Below are positions 12,815-22,441 of a stretch of DNA of 64,000 bases, one piece after another. Every line of letters starts with the position of its first letter. Position 1 is the first letter of the stretch. Made by a program: the position numbers and the translations under genes. The notes under the pieces were generated by a model. That model was given only the letters and a program-made list of their open reading frames with translations. It was not told where the DNA came from and made no database searches. This DNA is from Phoronis australis (taxonomy: Eukaryota; Animalia; Phoronida), in contig NMRA01000154.1 of the NCBI GenBank assembly GCA_002633005.1, positions 182,216 to 246,215 of the forward strand, given 5' to 3'.

Positions 12815-12950
12815 TGTAATAGACTACGTAATCCAAGAACAGCTGCGTAAACTCAACACAACTTTGGCAGACATTGACACGTTAGAATCGGCAACAGCCT
12901 CAGCTGAAGACCGTCTCTCAGTCGTTCGTGCTAGTATGAGAGCCTCCAAG
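12815..12950 (+). CDS. Myo9: Myosin IX exon, end of RhoGAP and following helix
   Basis: tttcag|...|gtaggt, phase 2-0; VVIDYVIQEQLRKLNTTLADIDTLESATASAEDRLSVVRASMRASK resembles Myo9 'LKDISSLE...RLSLIRRSM'. Confidence 0.93.
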
Positions 12951-13594
12951 GTAGGTGGCATTGTTGGTTAGACCTGTGTCTCCCAACTTCCTCGTTGATA
13001 TCAGATATCATGAGTTGGATGACTGCACAAACCTGGAATTCAGTGAGCGACGACATCTTAGTGCAAACAATTGATAGCCATTGTATTGTTTACGTTTTTT
13101 AACCTCAACCTTTTTTAAACTGTTCCTTGTACAATTTGAATGACTTGCCCAACTTTCTTTGGTGACATGATTATTGTTATTTCGTAATAGCATGTTGTTA
13201 TTGTTGTGTCACAGAACAAGTTGTGCACTTAGCTTCTGATTCACAGTTCTGTCTCAAATACAGCGTTATATCGTCTGCCACTCTATAGTTCTGTTGATAT
13301 CACCCAGTGTTGACCGGCCACCTTTCTCTAACAGACCTGATACTGCAAGTTTGGCATGGTGGTACACAAAGTGACGCAGTGTGTACATCCCGTGTGTGGT
13401 CTGTGATAAAAATGTTTAGTCCGTGTGCAGGTGGTAGAAACGTTTCCATGGCCACACCTCTAAATTCCTGGTGCTATCCCCTAAACTCTAGTCTCGGACT
13501 CTCAAAGTCCATATCCGCGGTCCTAAAGATCCACACACGCATCGCGAATACTTCGTATGTGATCACATTTGATTTATGCCAGAACAGAAGCACA

Positions 13595-14058
13595 AACTTT
13601 AAAATTAGAGCGTAAGTAAATAACGACGTATCTATCCAGTCCAACATTTCGGTTTATTTCATTAAACCATTCTTAAGGAAACAGAAACAAGCCACACAGG
13701 TAGAGAAAATTGACTGTACAGGTACACATCAAAATGCATTGTGAGGGGGAGAGACCAGAAATCAAAGCAGTTGGACCTCAAATGAACCAATGTTTCTATT
13801 TAGGTAACGCTCAGCATGATTCAACCCTATATGCATAGCCTCAATAGAAACATTGGTTCATTGAGCTCCAACTGTTTTGATTTCTGGTCTCTCCCCCTCA
13901 CAATGCATTTTGAAGTGTACCTGTACAGTCAATTTTCTCTACCTGTGTGGCTTGTTTTGTGTTTGTAACTGTTTCCTTGAGAATGGTTTAATGAAATAAA
14001 CCGAAATGTTGGATTCGATAGATATGTCGTTATTTACTTACGCGCTAATTTTAAAGTT
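13595..14058. mobile_element. fold-back (arms about 210 bp), probably inverted Penelope-like pLTR pair
   Basis: 13595-13804 is the reverse complement of 13839-14058; hammerhead-like core in each arm. Confidence 0.7.
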
Positions 14059-14710
14059 CGTACTTTGTATGTGATGGCCGAACTCTGTACTTGGGGACCA
14101 AATTCCTCGCACGTACCATATTTAGGCGCTGGAGTTTGAATCCTTTGTATGAAGTGTGATCACCAGGTGTGCAGTAGTTTTGAGGTGTTTGGGGGCTCGA
14201 GTATGGAATTTGTATCATGCATTTGGTGGTCCAGGACTTGGGTTTAGGGGATCGTAGTTGTAATATAGAGTCGCGCCGTGTTATCATTTGCACTCCGAGA
14301 TATTATCTCAACTTTTTGTTAAGCAAAGNTGGCTTGTTTTGTGTTTGTAACTGTTTCCTTGAGAATGGTTTAATGAAATAAACCGAAACGTTGGATTGGA
14401 TAGATATGTCGTTATTTACTTACGCGCTAATTTTAAAGTTCGTACTTTGTATTTGATGGCCGAACTCTGTACTTGGGGACCAAATTCCTCGCACGTACCA
14501 TATTTAGGCGCTGGAGTTTGAATCCTTTGTATGAAGTGTGATCACCAGGTGTGCAGTAGTTTTGAGGTGTTTGGGGGCTCGAGTATGGAATTTGTATCAT
14601 GCATTTGGTGGTCCAGGACTTGGGTTTAGGGGATCGTAGTTGTAATATAGAGTCGCGCCGTGTTATCATTTGCACTCCGAGATATTATCTCAACTTTTTG
14701 TTAAGCAAAG
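13948..14710. repeat. 381-bp direct duplication split by one N (likely assembly or haplotype artefact)
   Basis: 13948-14328 matches 14330-14710 with about 3 differences; N at 14329. Confidence 0.85.
14356..14395 (+). ncRNA. minimal type I hammerhead ribozyme motif, U3-A8 variant
   Basis: ucc-UUGAGAA-u-GGUUUA-augaaa-UAAACC-GAAAC-GUU-gga. Confidence 0.55.
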
Positions 14711-14935
14711 CGTAATTCGCTGTTTAGATTTTGCTGCTTAAATAAATTCAGCATTAACTTGCTGTGTTGTGAAAGTCAAAATTTGTCATTCAACATCCAC
14801 AGCAGACTGGCAGTCAAACACAGTGACCACTGTCACACATCCAGTAAATGTTTAATTTAGCCGGCAGTCTTAATTGCCACTTTTCTGGCGGCCACAGTTG
14901 TCTTGATGTTGTTGACCACTGTCCGTCTCTTTCAG

Positions 14936-14983
14936 CCCAAGCCGGTCATCTTACGCAGTGCCTCATTACCAGAAGTGCCCAGG
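14936..14983 (+). CDS. Myo9: candidate 48-nt alternative Myo9 exon (PKPVILRSASLPEVPR)
   Basis: ctctttcag|...agg|gtagtt; open in phase 0-0, matching the flanking exons; weak donor; no homology evidence. Confidence 0.5.
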
Positions 14984-15439
14984 GTAGTTACCGCTTGACC
15001 CGTTCATCTTTTAACCCCGCCCTCGCTCCCGCTGCTCTTGTCAGTCTACACTAATCAACAGCGTTCTAGTTGCAGCAAGAGCCAAAGCCTGTTCACAGTG
15101 TTCACTTTGTTCACACTGGATAACAAGGATATCAGTTAATTGATATGAAGTCCTCAAATGAACGCGTTATTTTAATTCCAGTCAACATTGACGGTATCAC
15201 CATTGTGTATAAATTAAGAGCAAAAAATATCTTGGCAAATGTGGGCACATTTTAGTAGTATTAGAAATCAGAAAAAGTTTGAAGCGCCTGTATTGACTCT
15301 CTGAGTCTTCATCTGAGCTAACTGAATTCAGAGTGAACGAGCACGTACACCGTTTGAGGCCATATTGCGTTCTTGTCTTTGCTTGGGCCAAACAAAGTTC
15401 CACACATTCCACTGCTGCTATTGCCCAATGTTTAGTTTG

Positions 15440-15690
15440 TATGCGTCCAGCTGTGCAGGCGCGGGGGTGCATCCATGTACGTCCAAATGCACCGGCGCTG
15501 GTGTGCATCCTTGCATGTCCAGGTGCACGGGTGCTGGAATGTACCCATATTCGTCATGCTGCGCGTGTGCTGGCATGCACCCATATCCATCATGGTGTGC
15601 GTGTGCTGGCGTACACCCATATACGTCGTGGTGCATGTGAGCTGACGTGCGTCCATGTATGTCCTGGTCTGTGCTTGCACCCCTGTCATG
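15440..15690. repeat. degenerate tandem repeat, about 36 bp
   Basis: gtgtgctggcatgcacccatatccatcatggtgtgc-like units. Confidence 0.8.
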
Positions 15691-16244
15691 GTCACTCTCT
15701 GTCCACTTAATTCATGCACTCACCCCATCATTACTATGGAATCTTGTCTCTCATAAATTGTCGCTATTGTTAAAATTTGTTATTTTTTATCATGTTGCTT
15801 TAGTTAGGGTATTTTGACTATCTGAAGTAGTGGAGGTTGGAGGTTGTTATCTATCTATTGAGGGGAATCCGGTGTTCAGTGTGTGCCGTTGTCACGAAGC
15901 ATTGGTTGACTGTGATACGTGACGCAAGCCCTTCTGGACGACAGAAGTGCTGAACACACATGTGGTCATCACAGCTTTGAGGAAAGAAACTGAAACTTTG
16001 TTTGATCTCTTGTGTCACATCTGCTTGCAGTAATAACTTAATTTCTCTCAAAAAAAACTTAATTACGATTCAGAAGTCTGTGTCATACAGGAAATTGCTT
16101 GAATTCAATGAGATGTTATTTTCACGGAACATCTCTTGGCATAACAGTATGTTCTTGACTGAAGACTGTATTTAGTTTGTTGTGAACTGATCACGTGACC
16201 CTAATTGCTCTTTTGTTTGTTCTCTGCCATCTACGGTAAATCAG

Positions 16245-16268
16245 GAAAGCGACCTTCATGAGTTGGAG
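16245..16268 (+). CDS. Myo9: candidate 24-nt Myo9 micro-exon (ESDLHELE)
   Basis: ctaat branch-like motif, pyrimidine tract, tcag|...gag|gtatta; phase 0-0; four GCATG within 125 nt downstream. Confidence 0.55.
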
Positions 16269-16549
16269 GTATTAACAGCATGTCTCCCGGGTTACCCTAG
16301 TGTTTCTGTTGGCATGGAAACCGTGCATGTTGATGTTATAAAGATGTCTTTCGTATTAGCCTGATGTCAGCTTCATTGTACAATTATGCATGCACTCCTT
16401 GATAAAAAGGAAAAGCAAACAAAACGGGTAATCTTTGTCTTCAGTGTTTTATAAATTAAACCTTTATTTTGAACGCAACAAGGTGTCTGCCAATTTACTT
16501 ATCGCGAACTCCGCACTCTTGCGAAATGTTGACAAACAAACAATGAGTT

Positions 16550-16667
16550 TTACCCGGCAACGTGTTTGTCAGGTAAAATGGTGGCTTGGAAACGAAGGTG
16601 TGTTACGAATGCTGCCTTCTGATTGGTCAGTTATGCCATCACTCAAAATCCGGGCGATAGGTCAATT
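16550..16667 (-). repeat. dispersed repeat; uninterrupted inverted copy of the element split by the MITE at 7837-8686
   Basis: reverse complement aattgacctatcgcccggattttgagtgatggcataactgaccaatcagaa...ccattttacctgacaaac matches 7808-7836 joined to 8690-8775. Confidence 0.8.
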
Positions 16668-17724
16668 CTTGTTGACCTTTAAATTCATGAACTGCTTCTT
16701 TCATTATGTTGCAATTTTCATACTTTCTTACATGCTGTTTAGTACTGTCTCCTGCCTCCAGGTGTCACTGAAAATAAATGTACTAGGTATACCTCTTGCT
16801 GAGAATTAATTATCCATATTTGATGCCAACTTTTAAACCCGGAGATAGGAATTTTTTCGTGCATGGTAAAATATCACCAAAATCAAACAACAATAATGGT
16901 CAAAATTTCTTTTGTTTCATTTAAATGAGGCTCCTTTACCTACTTGTGAATATCCGCAGTTACATGTTGACTGATGGCAACTTTCGTATAAAGAACTTGA
17001 AAACGATTGACTTATTTGATGCTTCTTATAATCGAGGAAAGTCGAGAAAAGAAATTTCTCATGTCTGCCATGTTGTGTCCTAAGTTCGTGGCATTTTACC
17101 GCAGTTGGGTGTGCAGACTGGGTCGGTAGGCACCTATGCTGGGAGTTTTCTCCCTTGTTAACGTGGCTTGAGAGCGTGAAACGGTTTTCTAACTTTGAAT
17201 TATTTGCTCCTGTTTTTGCTGGTCGTATGTTTTGTAGTTGTTAACAATAGATTGGCACTAAAACATGGTATAGAGCATTGTTTGTATTGGTGTCATTTGC
17301 ATGTTCTGTGGTTGCTGCATGATGTTTATTTCTGACACTACACTGTAGGTGTCAGTTGTGTACCTTGTTGATTTCTGTTGTTGAGAATCTGAATTTCTTA
17401 TGCCTCAGAATACTGCTGGTCACACCTTTTACATTTATTTTTATTTTTTGTTTTTATTTACATTAAATTGTGATACTTTTGTATCTATCATGCTAAATCT
17501 AGAAGTTTGAAATTGTAATACATTAGGATAAAGATTTTATTTTCAAAGTCTAAACATGGGTTCTTTCCTGCCATATTACTGTACTAGTTTGAGTTAGAAG
17601 TCTGTTGGTGTGTCATCTTTAATTACAACTTTGTCTACTTGTTCTCTCTTCTTTCGACAACGGTCGTTATGGAGATTGTTTTCTGATGAACCTCTCGTTT
17701 TATGGGCATGTGTGTCTGTTTCAG

Positions 17725-17852
17725 AAGTCTAGCACTTCAACAGAGCCCAGGCTGTCAGTAGCGATCCGAGAGGACGAAGAGATGGATTTCAAACATGCCC
17801 AAGAGGAGGAGCGCGCGTTGTCTGAGCACATCAAGACGTTACAGCAAGAGAA
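17725..17852 (+). CDS. Myo9: Myosin IX distal coiled-coil exon
   Basis: tttcag|...|gtaagg, phase 0-2; KSSTSTEPRLSVAIREDEEMDFKHAQEEERALSEHIKTLQQE(K) resembles Myo9 'LTEQIENLQKEK'. Confidence 0.9.
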
Positions 17853-17865
17853 GTAAGGGTCGCTA

Positions 17866-18112
17866 GGGTTGACCAAGGGGGTCCACAGGTTGACCAAGGG
17901 GATCCACAGGTTGACCAAGGGGATCCACAGGTTGACCAAGGGGATCCACAGGTTGACCAAGGGGATCCACAGGTTGACCAAGGGAGTCCACAGGTTGACC
18001 AAGGGGATCCACAGGTTGACCAAGGGGATCCACAGGTTGACCAAGGGGATCCACAGGTTGACTGAGAGGGTCCACAGGTTGACCAAGGGGGTATACAGGT
18101 TGACTAAGGGGG
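17866..18112. repeat. 21-bp minisatellite, about 12 copies
   Basis: unit ggttgaccaaggggatccaca. Confidence 0.97.
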
Positions 18113-18496
18113 TACCAGAAGTCTACCAATGAATCATCCCATGAACGATAAGCCTTCTGTATTATGACTTTTATTTTTTATTTGTTGTTGACTATTTGGA
18201 TGAATTCCTAGAGGTTTACATCAGTGTAGACTGGAAAAATAACCATTACATAACTCTTGAAGTTCTTTTACACTGGCTAAGTGACAATGTACAACACAGC
18301 ATATTTGCCTTCAATCAGAATGTAGCACAAGCTTCAGCAGACTGGTTTGAATTAGATTAGAAGGCAGGAGTCAGAGGGAAAGTTCTCAAGAGCACTGCAA
18401 ACCTATAGTCCAGTGTACAGGCTCCGTTGATGAATGTAGTTGAAAGACGGCTTGTGTACATACTGTCATCTCAGTTGCACCCATTTTTCGTGACAG

Positions 18497-18648
18497 GGAA
18501 AGCCTGACCTATCAGATGCCAGTTCTGGAGTACCGTCATGCATCATCTGACGAGGACATGCTAGAAAGTTGTGATGACCTTGAAAGTTCAGCCGACTCGC
18601 TGGACGACCTTGATGATCCCCTGCCGGAGGACGCGTGTGAAGTCATTA
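18497..18648 (+). CDS. Myo9: Myosin IX acidic tail exon
   Basis: tgacag|...|gtaagt, phase 2-1; KESLTYQMPVLEYRHASSDEDMLESCDDLESSADSLDDL resembles Myo9 'ELTFEMLVLEPRASDDETLES'. Confidence 0.9.
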
Positions 18649-19001
18649 GTAAGTATCCTCGTCAACTGTGTGATCACGTGCTGTGCCAAATATGTCCATT
18701 TTCCAAAGTGACCAGTACGTTTTTTCGCTCAAACCATGATGTCTCCGTGGTTGCCTAATATCGGGTATGAGATGGGCATAAGAATCTTTGTCCAATAATG
18801 TGTTCAGTATTGGCTGCTTAACGTTATGTAGGACCGTTTTGACAAGTCACCATATTTAGACAAGTATCTGCAAAACTATAGATTTTAACTCGGTAGTATA
18901 TTTTCTGAAAGGAGGAAACCTGTAGAGTTTCGTTTTTGACTTTATTGCCAATTTTCCATTAATTGGGTCACATGACTGTAAAAAATAGCAAAAGAAGGGT
19001 A

Positions 19002-19111
19002 GGTAATGGTCTGATGTAACGTGCCCGAATTTTGAGAACCAGTTTTCTCCACTAAATAACGGGCATCAAACTGGTTCTCAAAATGCGGGCACATTATATT
19101 AGACTATTGCC
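19002..19111. repeat. short inverted repeat / hairpin (44-bp arms)
   Basis: ggtaatggtctgatgtaacgtgcccgaattttgagaaccagttt ... aaactggttctcaaaatgcgggcacattatattagactattgcc. Confidence 0.85.
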
Positions 19112-20346
19112 GAAAGGTACATCTAGCAAAAAAGTGTATCAAGCACATGACCAAATCTTATTGGATATAAATGTTTAAGGGTATTTAGGACCCTACAAAA
19201 TTTGGATTACTTCAGAAGAAATCTCGGAAGTGGCTGATCGGATTCATATGAAGCTGATTATAAACTTAATGCACTATTATCCAAGACTCTATTAAAGATT
19301 GTTTTTAAAATATTGCTCCATTGTTCAAGGGTTATCAAAAAGTAGGACTCTTATGGTTTTTCATAAAAACTCAAACTTTGACTAAAACCAGGGATATTCC
19401 TGGATGTGCCTTTGCATCATTAAGGCATAAAGAATAAAAAGGCACAAGGACATTGCAGCAGTGCGCCATATCTTTTAAAATGCAACACTAGTACAAAAAA
19501 ACGCAAAATTCAAGTCAGCTAACACCCAGTTGGGTAAAACACGTTGTTATTATTTTGATTGCCCTTGGGGCTTCTGTTTCATATGTTACCACTTTAATTA
19601 CACTGCTGGGCACAATTTTTTGAAAAATGGCACGGTTTTTGTCATCAGGTGCGCCCAAAGGGTACAGGCTCAAATCTGGTCAGGAATTTCTGTGATGAAA
19701 CGAGAACTAAATGTAATTTAGAAACTGTAACAGCCTCTGATGTTTAATCTTGAACACCTGTCTTAAACAAAACTTGGTCTTGTTTTTGATACTGTTGTTT
19801 TGCTCTGAATGTTCCTTTATTTTTGGCTAAATTAAACGAGACTCAATTTATGTCAGAAATTTGGTTGTGTTGTTGCTTTTCACTTCATGCAGTTTTATAA
19901 GTTACGATAGTCCAAAGTTAAGACCTACGTAACCTTTAGTACATGCTCTTTGTAAGACGATGTTGACCATAATGTCTTTGTCAACAATCGCTAGACCATA
20001 GCTGGTATGATCTTTAAACTTCTGTCTCACACAGGCTGTGGTCTTAGTATCATTCCTGCTGCATTTAGTAAAGTTGTGTCTAGTCCTAGGCTTTTGCTGT
20101 ATAAGTTGTTTTCAACAGTGAAAGTAGAAACAGTTTTAGAAGTAGAGAACCCAGCCCTATGTAAGTTTTCAAGTGACTGCAGACAAGTAATTAGTTGTTG
20201 GACCCAAACTTGTGCTGCCCATTCATGTGTGGTGGATCCAGAGGGGTTTTGGGGGTCTGGTCCTTTTGCACTGTCTCTCAGTCCATCACCCTGGATTCGC
20301 CAGGAAATTGTAGTTTCTGTTATATGTCTATCAACCTGTCTTTTAG

Positions 20347-20555
20347 TCAATCGACCCATGAAGCTTGACAGTAGTTCAAAACTGAACAAGAAGAGGCGCA
20401 AGGTCTCCTCGACCTCCAGCTTCGTAGGTGGCGACCTCAATAGCCCTGGATCACGTGCTGAGGGCGGGGCTATCGACGCAGGCAAAAGCGATTCGCTGGA
20501 GAATGTATTTCCTGCTAGTGAATACAGCACAAGGGAGGATGAGATTATCGTGTAG
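20347..20555 (+). CDS. Myo9: Myosin IX last coding exon (stop TAG)
   Basis: ttttag| phase 1; INRPMKLDSSSKLNKKRRKVSSTSSF...STREDEIIV*; ending resembles MYO9A 'EFMV'. Confidence 0.8.
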
Positions 20556-20690
20556 TTAGCAGAAGAGTGAAATGTGAAGCAACACGGTCCGACTTGAATT
20601 ATGTGTAAGCAACTGTTGCGCGTTCTACTTAATGGTTACTGTTGATGAAAATGACTCATTGCAATGAAGATGTTTGCATATTGACTAGTC

Positions 20691-20920
20691 TACCATCTAA
20701 CAGAGGGCTCCAAGTTAGCCAGTCTCTTTGAACATTGGCTGAATATACCATCCAACAGAGGGCGCCATGTTAGCCAGTCTGTTTGAACTTTGGTTGAATA
20801 TACCATCCAACAGAGGGCGCCATGTTAGCCAGTCTGTTTGAACATTGGCTGAATATACCATCCAACAGAGGGCGCCATGTTAGCCAGTCTGTTTGCAACA
20901 TTGTACAAGAATACCATCTG
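20691..20920 (+). repeat. 55-bp tandem repeat x4 carrying CTCF-like motifs
   Basis: units at 20691, 20746, 20801, 20856; CCAACAGAGGGCGCCATGTT in three of them. Confidence 0.9.
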
Positions 20921-21209
20921 CTATGACATTCCTTTGTTGTGAAAAAACATCGCAACTTATGGTAGTTGAAAGGGGTGCTTCATCTGTTGGCCAAAAGATT
21001 TAATATTCTTGGTGATTACCAGTGATACCAGCCCCATGTGTTGTTAATGTGACTCATTACCCGAGGTGATTACCAGTGTTATCATCTCATTTCACTGTGG
21101 ACGGTTTAACTTTGGACTCTGTAGACACCTTTGGCATTAATTTATTACTTGATTTGGACCTGTTTAGTCTGGTTGATACTTAAATGAAATTCTTGACTCA
21201 TGGCATGAG

Positions 21210-21296
21210 CAACACGATGACATAGGTCATAACACAATGACGTAGGTCATAACACAATGATGTAGGTAAGGAAATGATGACATAGGTCATAACAAA
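21210..21296. repeat. 20-bp tandem repeat (tgacataggtcataacacaa), about 4 degenerate copies
   Basis: direct reading. Confidence 0.75.
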
Positions 21297-22435
21297 ATTT
21301 TGTTCTGATAGGGCACGATCTTTCTTTTTTACCAGTAGTGATACTTGATGCCAGCTGAAATGGGTAGTGATCCTTCTTGTTTCCTCAGCACCACCTGTTG
21401 TCAGCTTTGAAAGGTATGTTTCAAAATAAGTGCTGTGCTGTTTTTGCCCCAAAGTTGTACTTGTAAATGGTAAGCAATGTCCAGGTTGGCTTTAGTGTTT
21501 GAAATAATGATTAAAGCTCATGGAAACCTACCTTCTGTCCAAAAATAACTTGGGACATTGTCAACCTGTTCCTTACTCTGATTAGAAGTGATTTCTGAGT
21601 TTAGGAAGAATAGCTGATCGCATGATACCCTATTCAGTGAGTTGGCTTGAGGGACGCTTTATTTCTTGCTATTGAACAGAGCAGGTGGCTGGAAATAAGC
21701 TTGTTCCATGACCTGCCACCAGACGGAGCCACCAACTTAATCTTCACAAAACCATCTTGTCAGGAAAAAGAGACTGTGACTCTACATTAAATAGTGACTT
21801 ATTTCATTGGTGGTTGACTGTCTGTTAAGTCTTCCTCATGGCTTCACGCCATTGAGTTGTTTAGAGATTTACAAACATCTAGTCCCTACACGGAGTCTTT
21901 GTAGGAGTTAAAAGAATGGCTTGCTGGCAATACTTGTAATTTTCTGCAAATCTGTTTGCTTTTGATAATGTTGTTTGCGGTTGTTGATGAATGCGTGCTG
22001 CCGGAAGTGTATGTTTGAAGGGGACAGCTTCTTGGTGTTGATGGAAAGTTTCCATTTGAATGAGGGAGACAACTCCCACAGTGCACTTGTTACTCCCTTG
22101 TTGCTGATGTGAATACACCAGGCCTTCTTGCTTGAGGTGGGTAAGGTAATTTGTAAATATTTGCTTTAACATGAAGGCTTGTCTTCTCTGTAAATATACT
22201 TTATGTATAGGTTAAACCTAAAGTCAGTAAACAACTGAAGAAAACACCTTCTTGTAAAGTATCTTAGGTCGTGGTGATTCTTTCTCAAGAATTTGTAAAG
22301 TTTGTTTTTCAGTTGCCTAAACTAAAAGTCCTTTGTGTTTTTATTGCTTGAAGATGAAACTGTTATTATAACTAACGCTTTGTGACTTTGTCCATAGTTA
22401 TAATTTGCCAGTACAACTGTTTGTTAAATTCAACA

Positions 22436-22441
22436 AATAAA
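22436..22441 (+). terminator. probable Myo9 polyadenylation signal (3' UTR about 1.9 kb)
   Basis: AATAAA after a T-rich UTR-like stretch with TGTA motifs, followed by T-rich sequence. Confidence 0.5.

Noticed and set aside
15197-15719. Cys/His-rich ORFs resembling metallothionein or zinc fingers
   Set aside because: By-product of the 36-bp repeat, open in several frames on both strands, with no convincing splice context.
17721-18132. ORFs VNLWIPL / LGQPVDP / LTKGIHR repeats
   Set aside because: Translations of the 21-bp intronic minisatellite.
19892-19950. Possible extra Myo9 exon (tgcag|...|gtaaga)
   Set aside because: In-frame stop in the required phase.
20007-20346. 5' extension of the 182-aa ORF, and the antisense 167-aa ORF
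   Set aside because: The acceptor at 20346 fits the phase of the previous exon; upstream sequence looks intronic; the antisense ORF shadows the exon.
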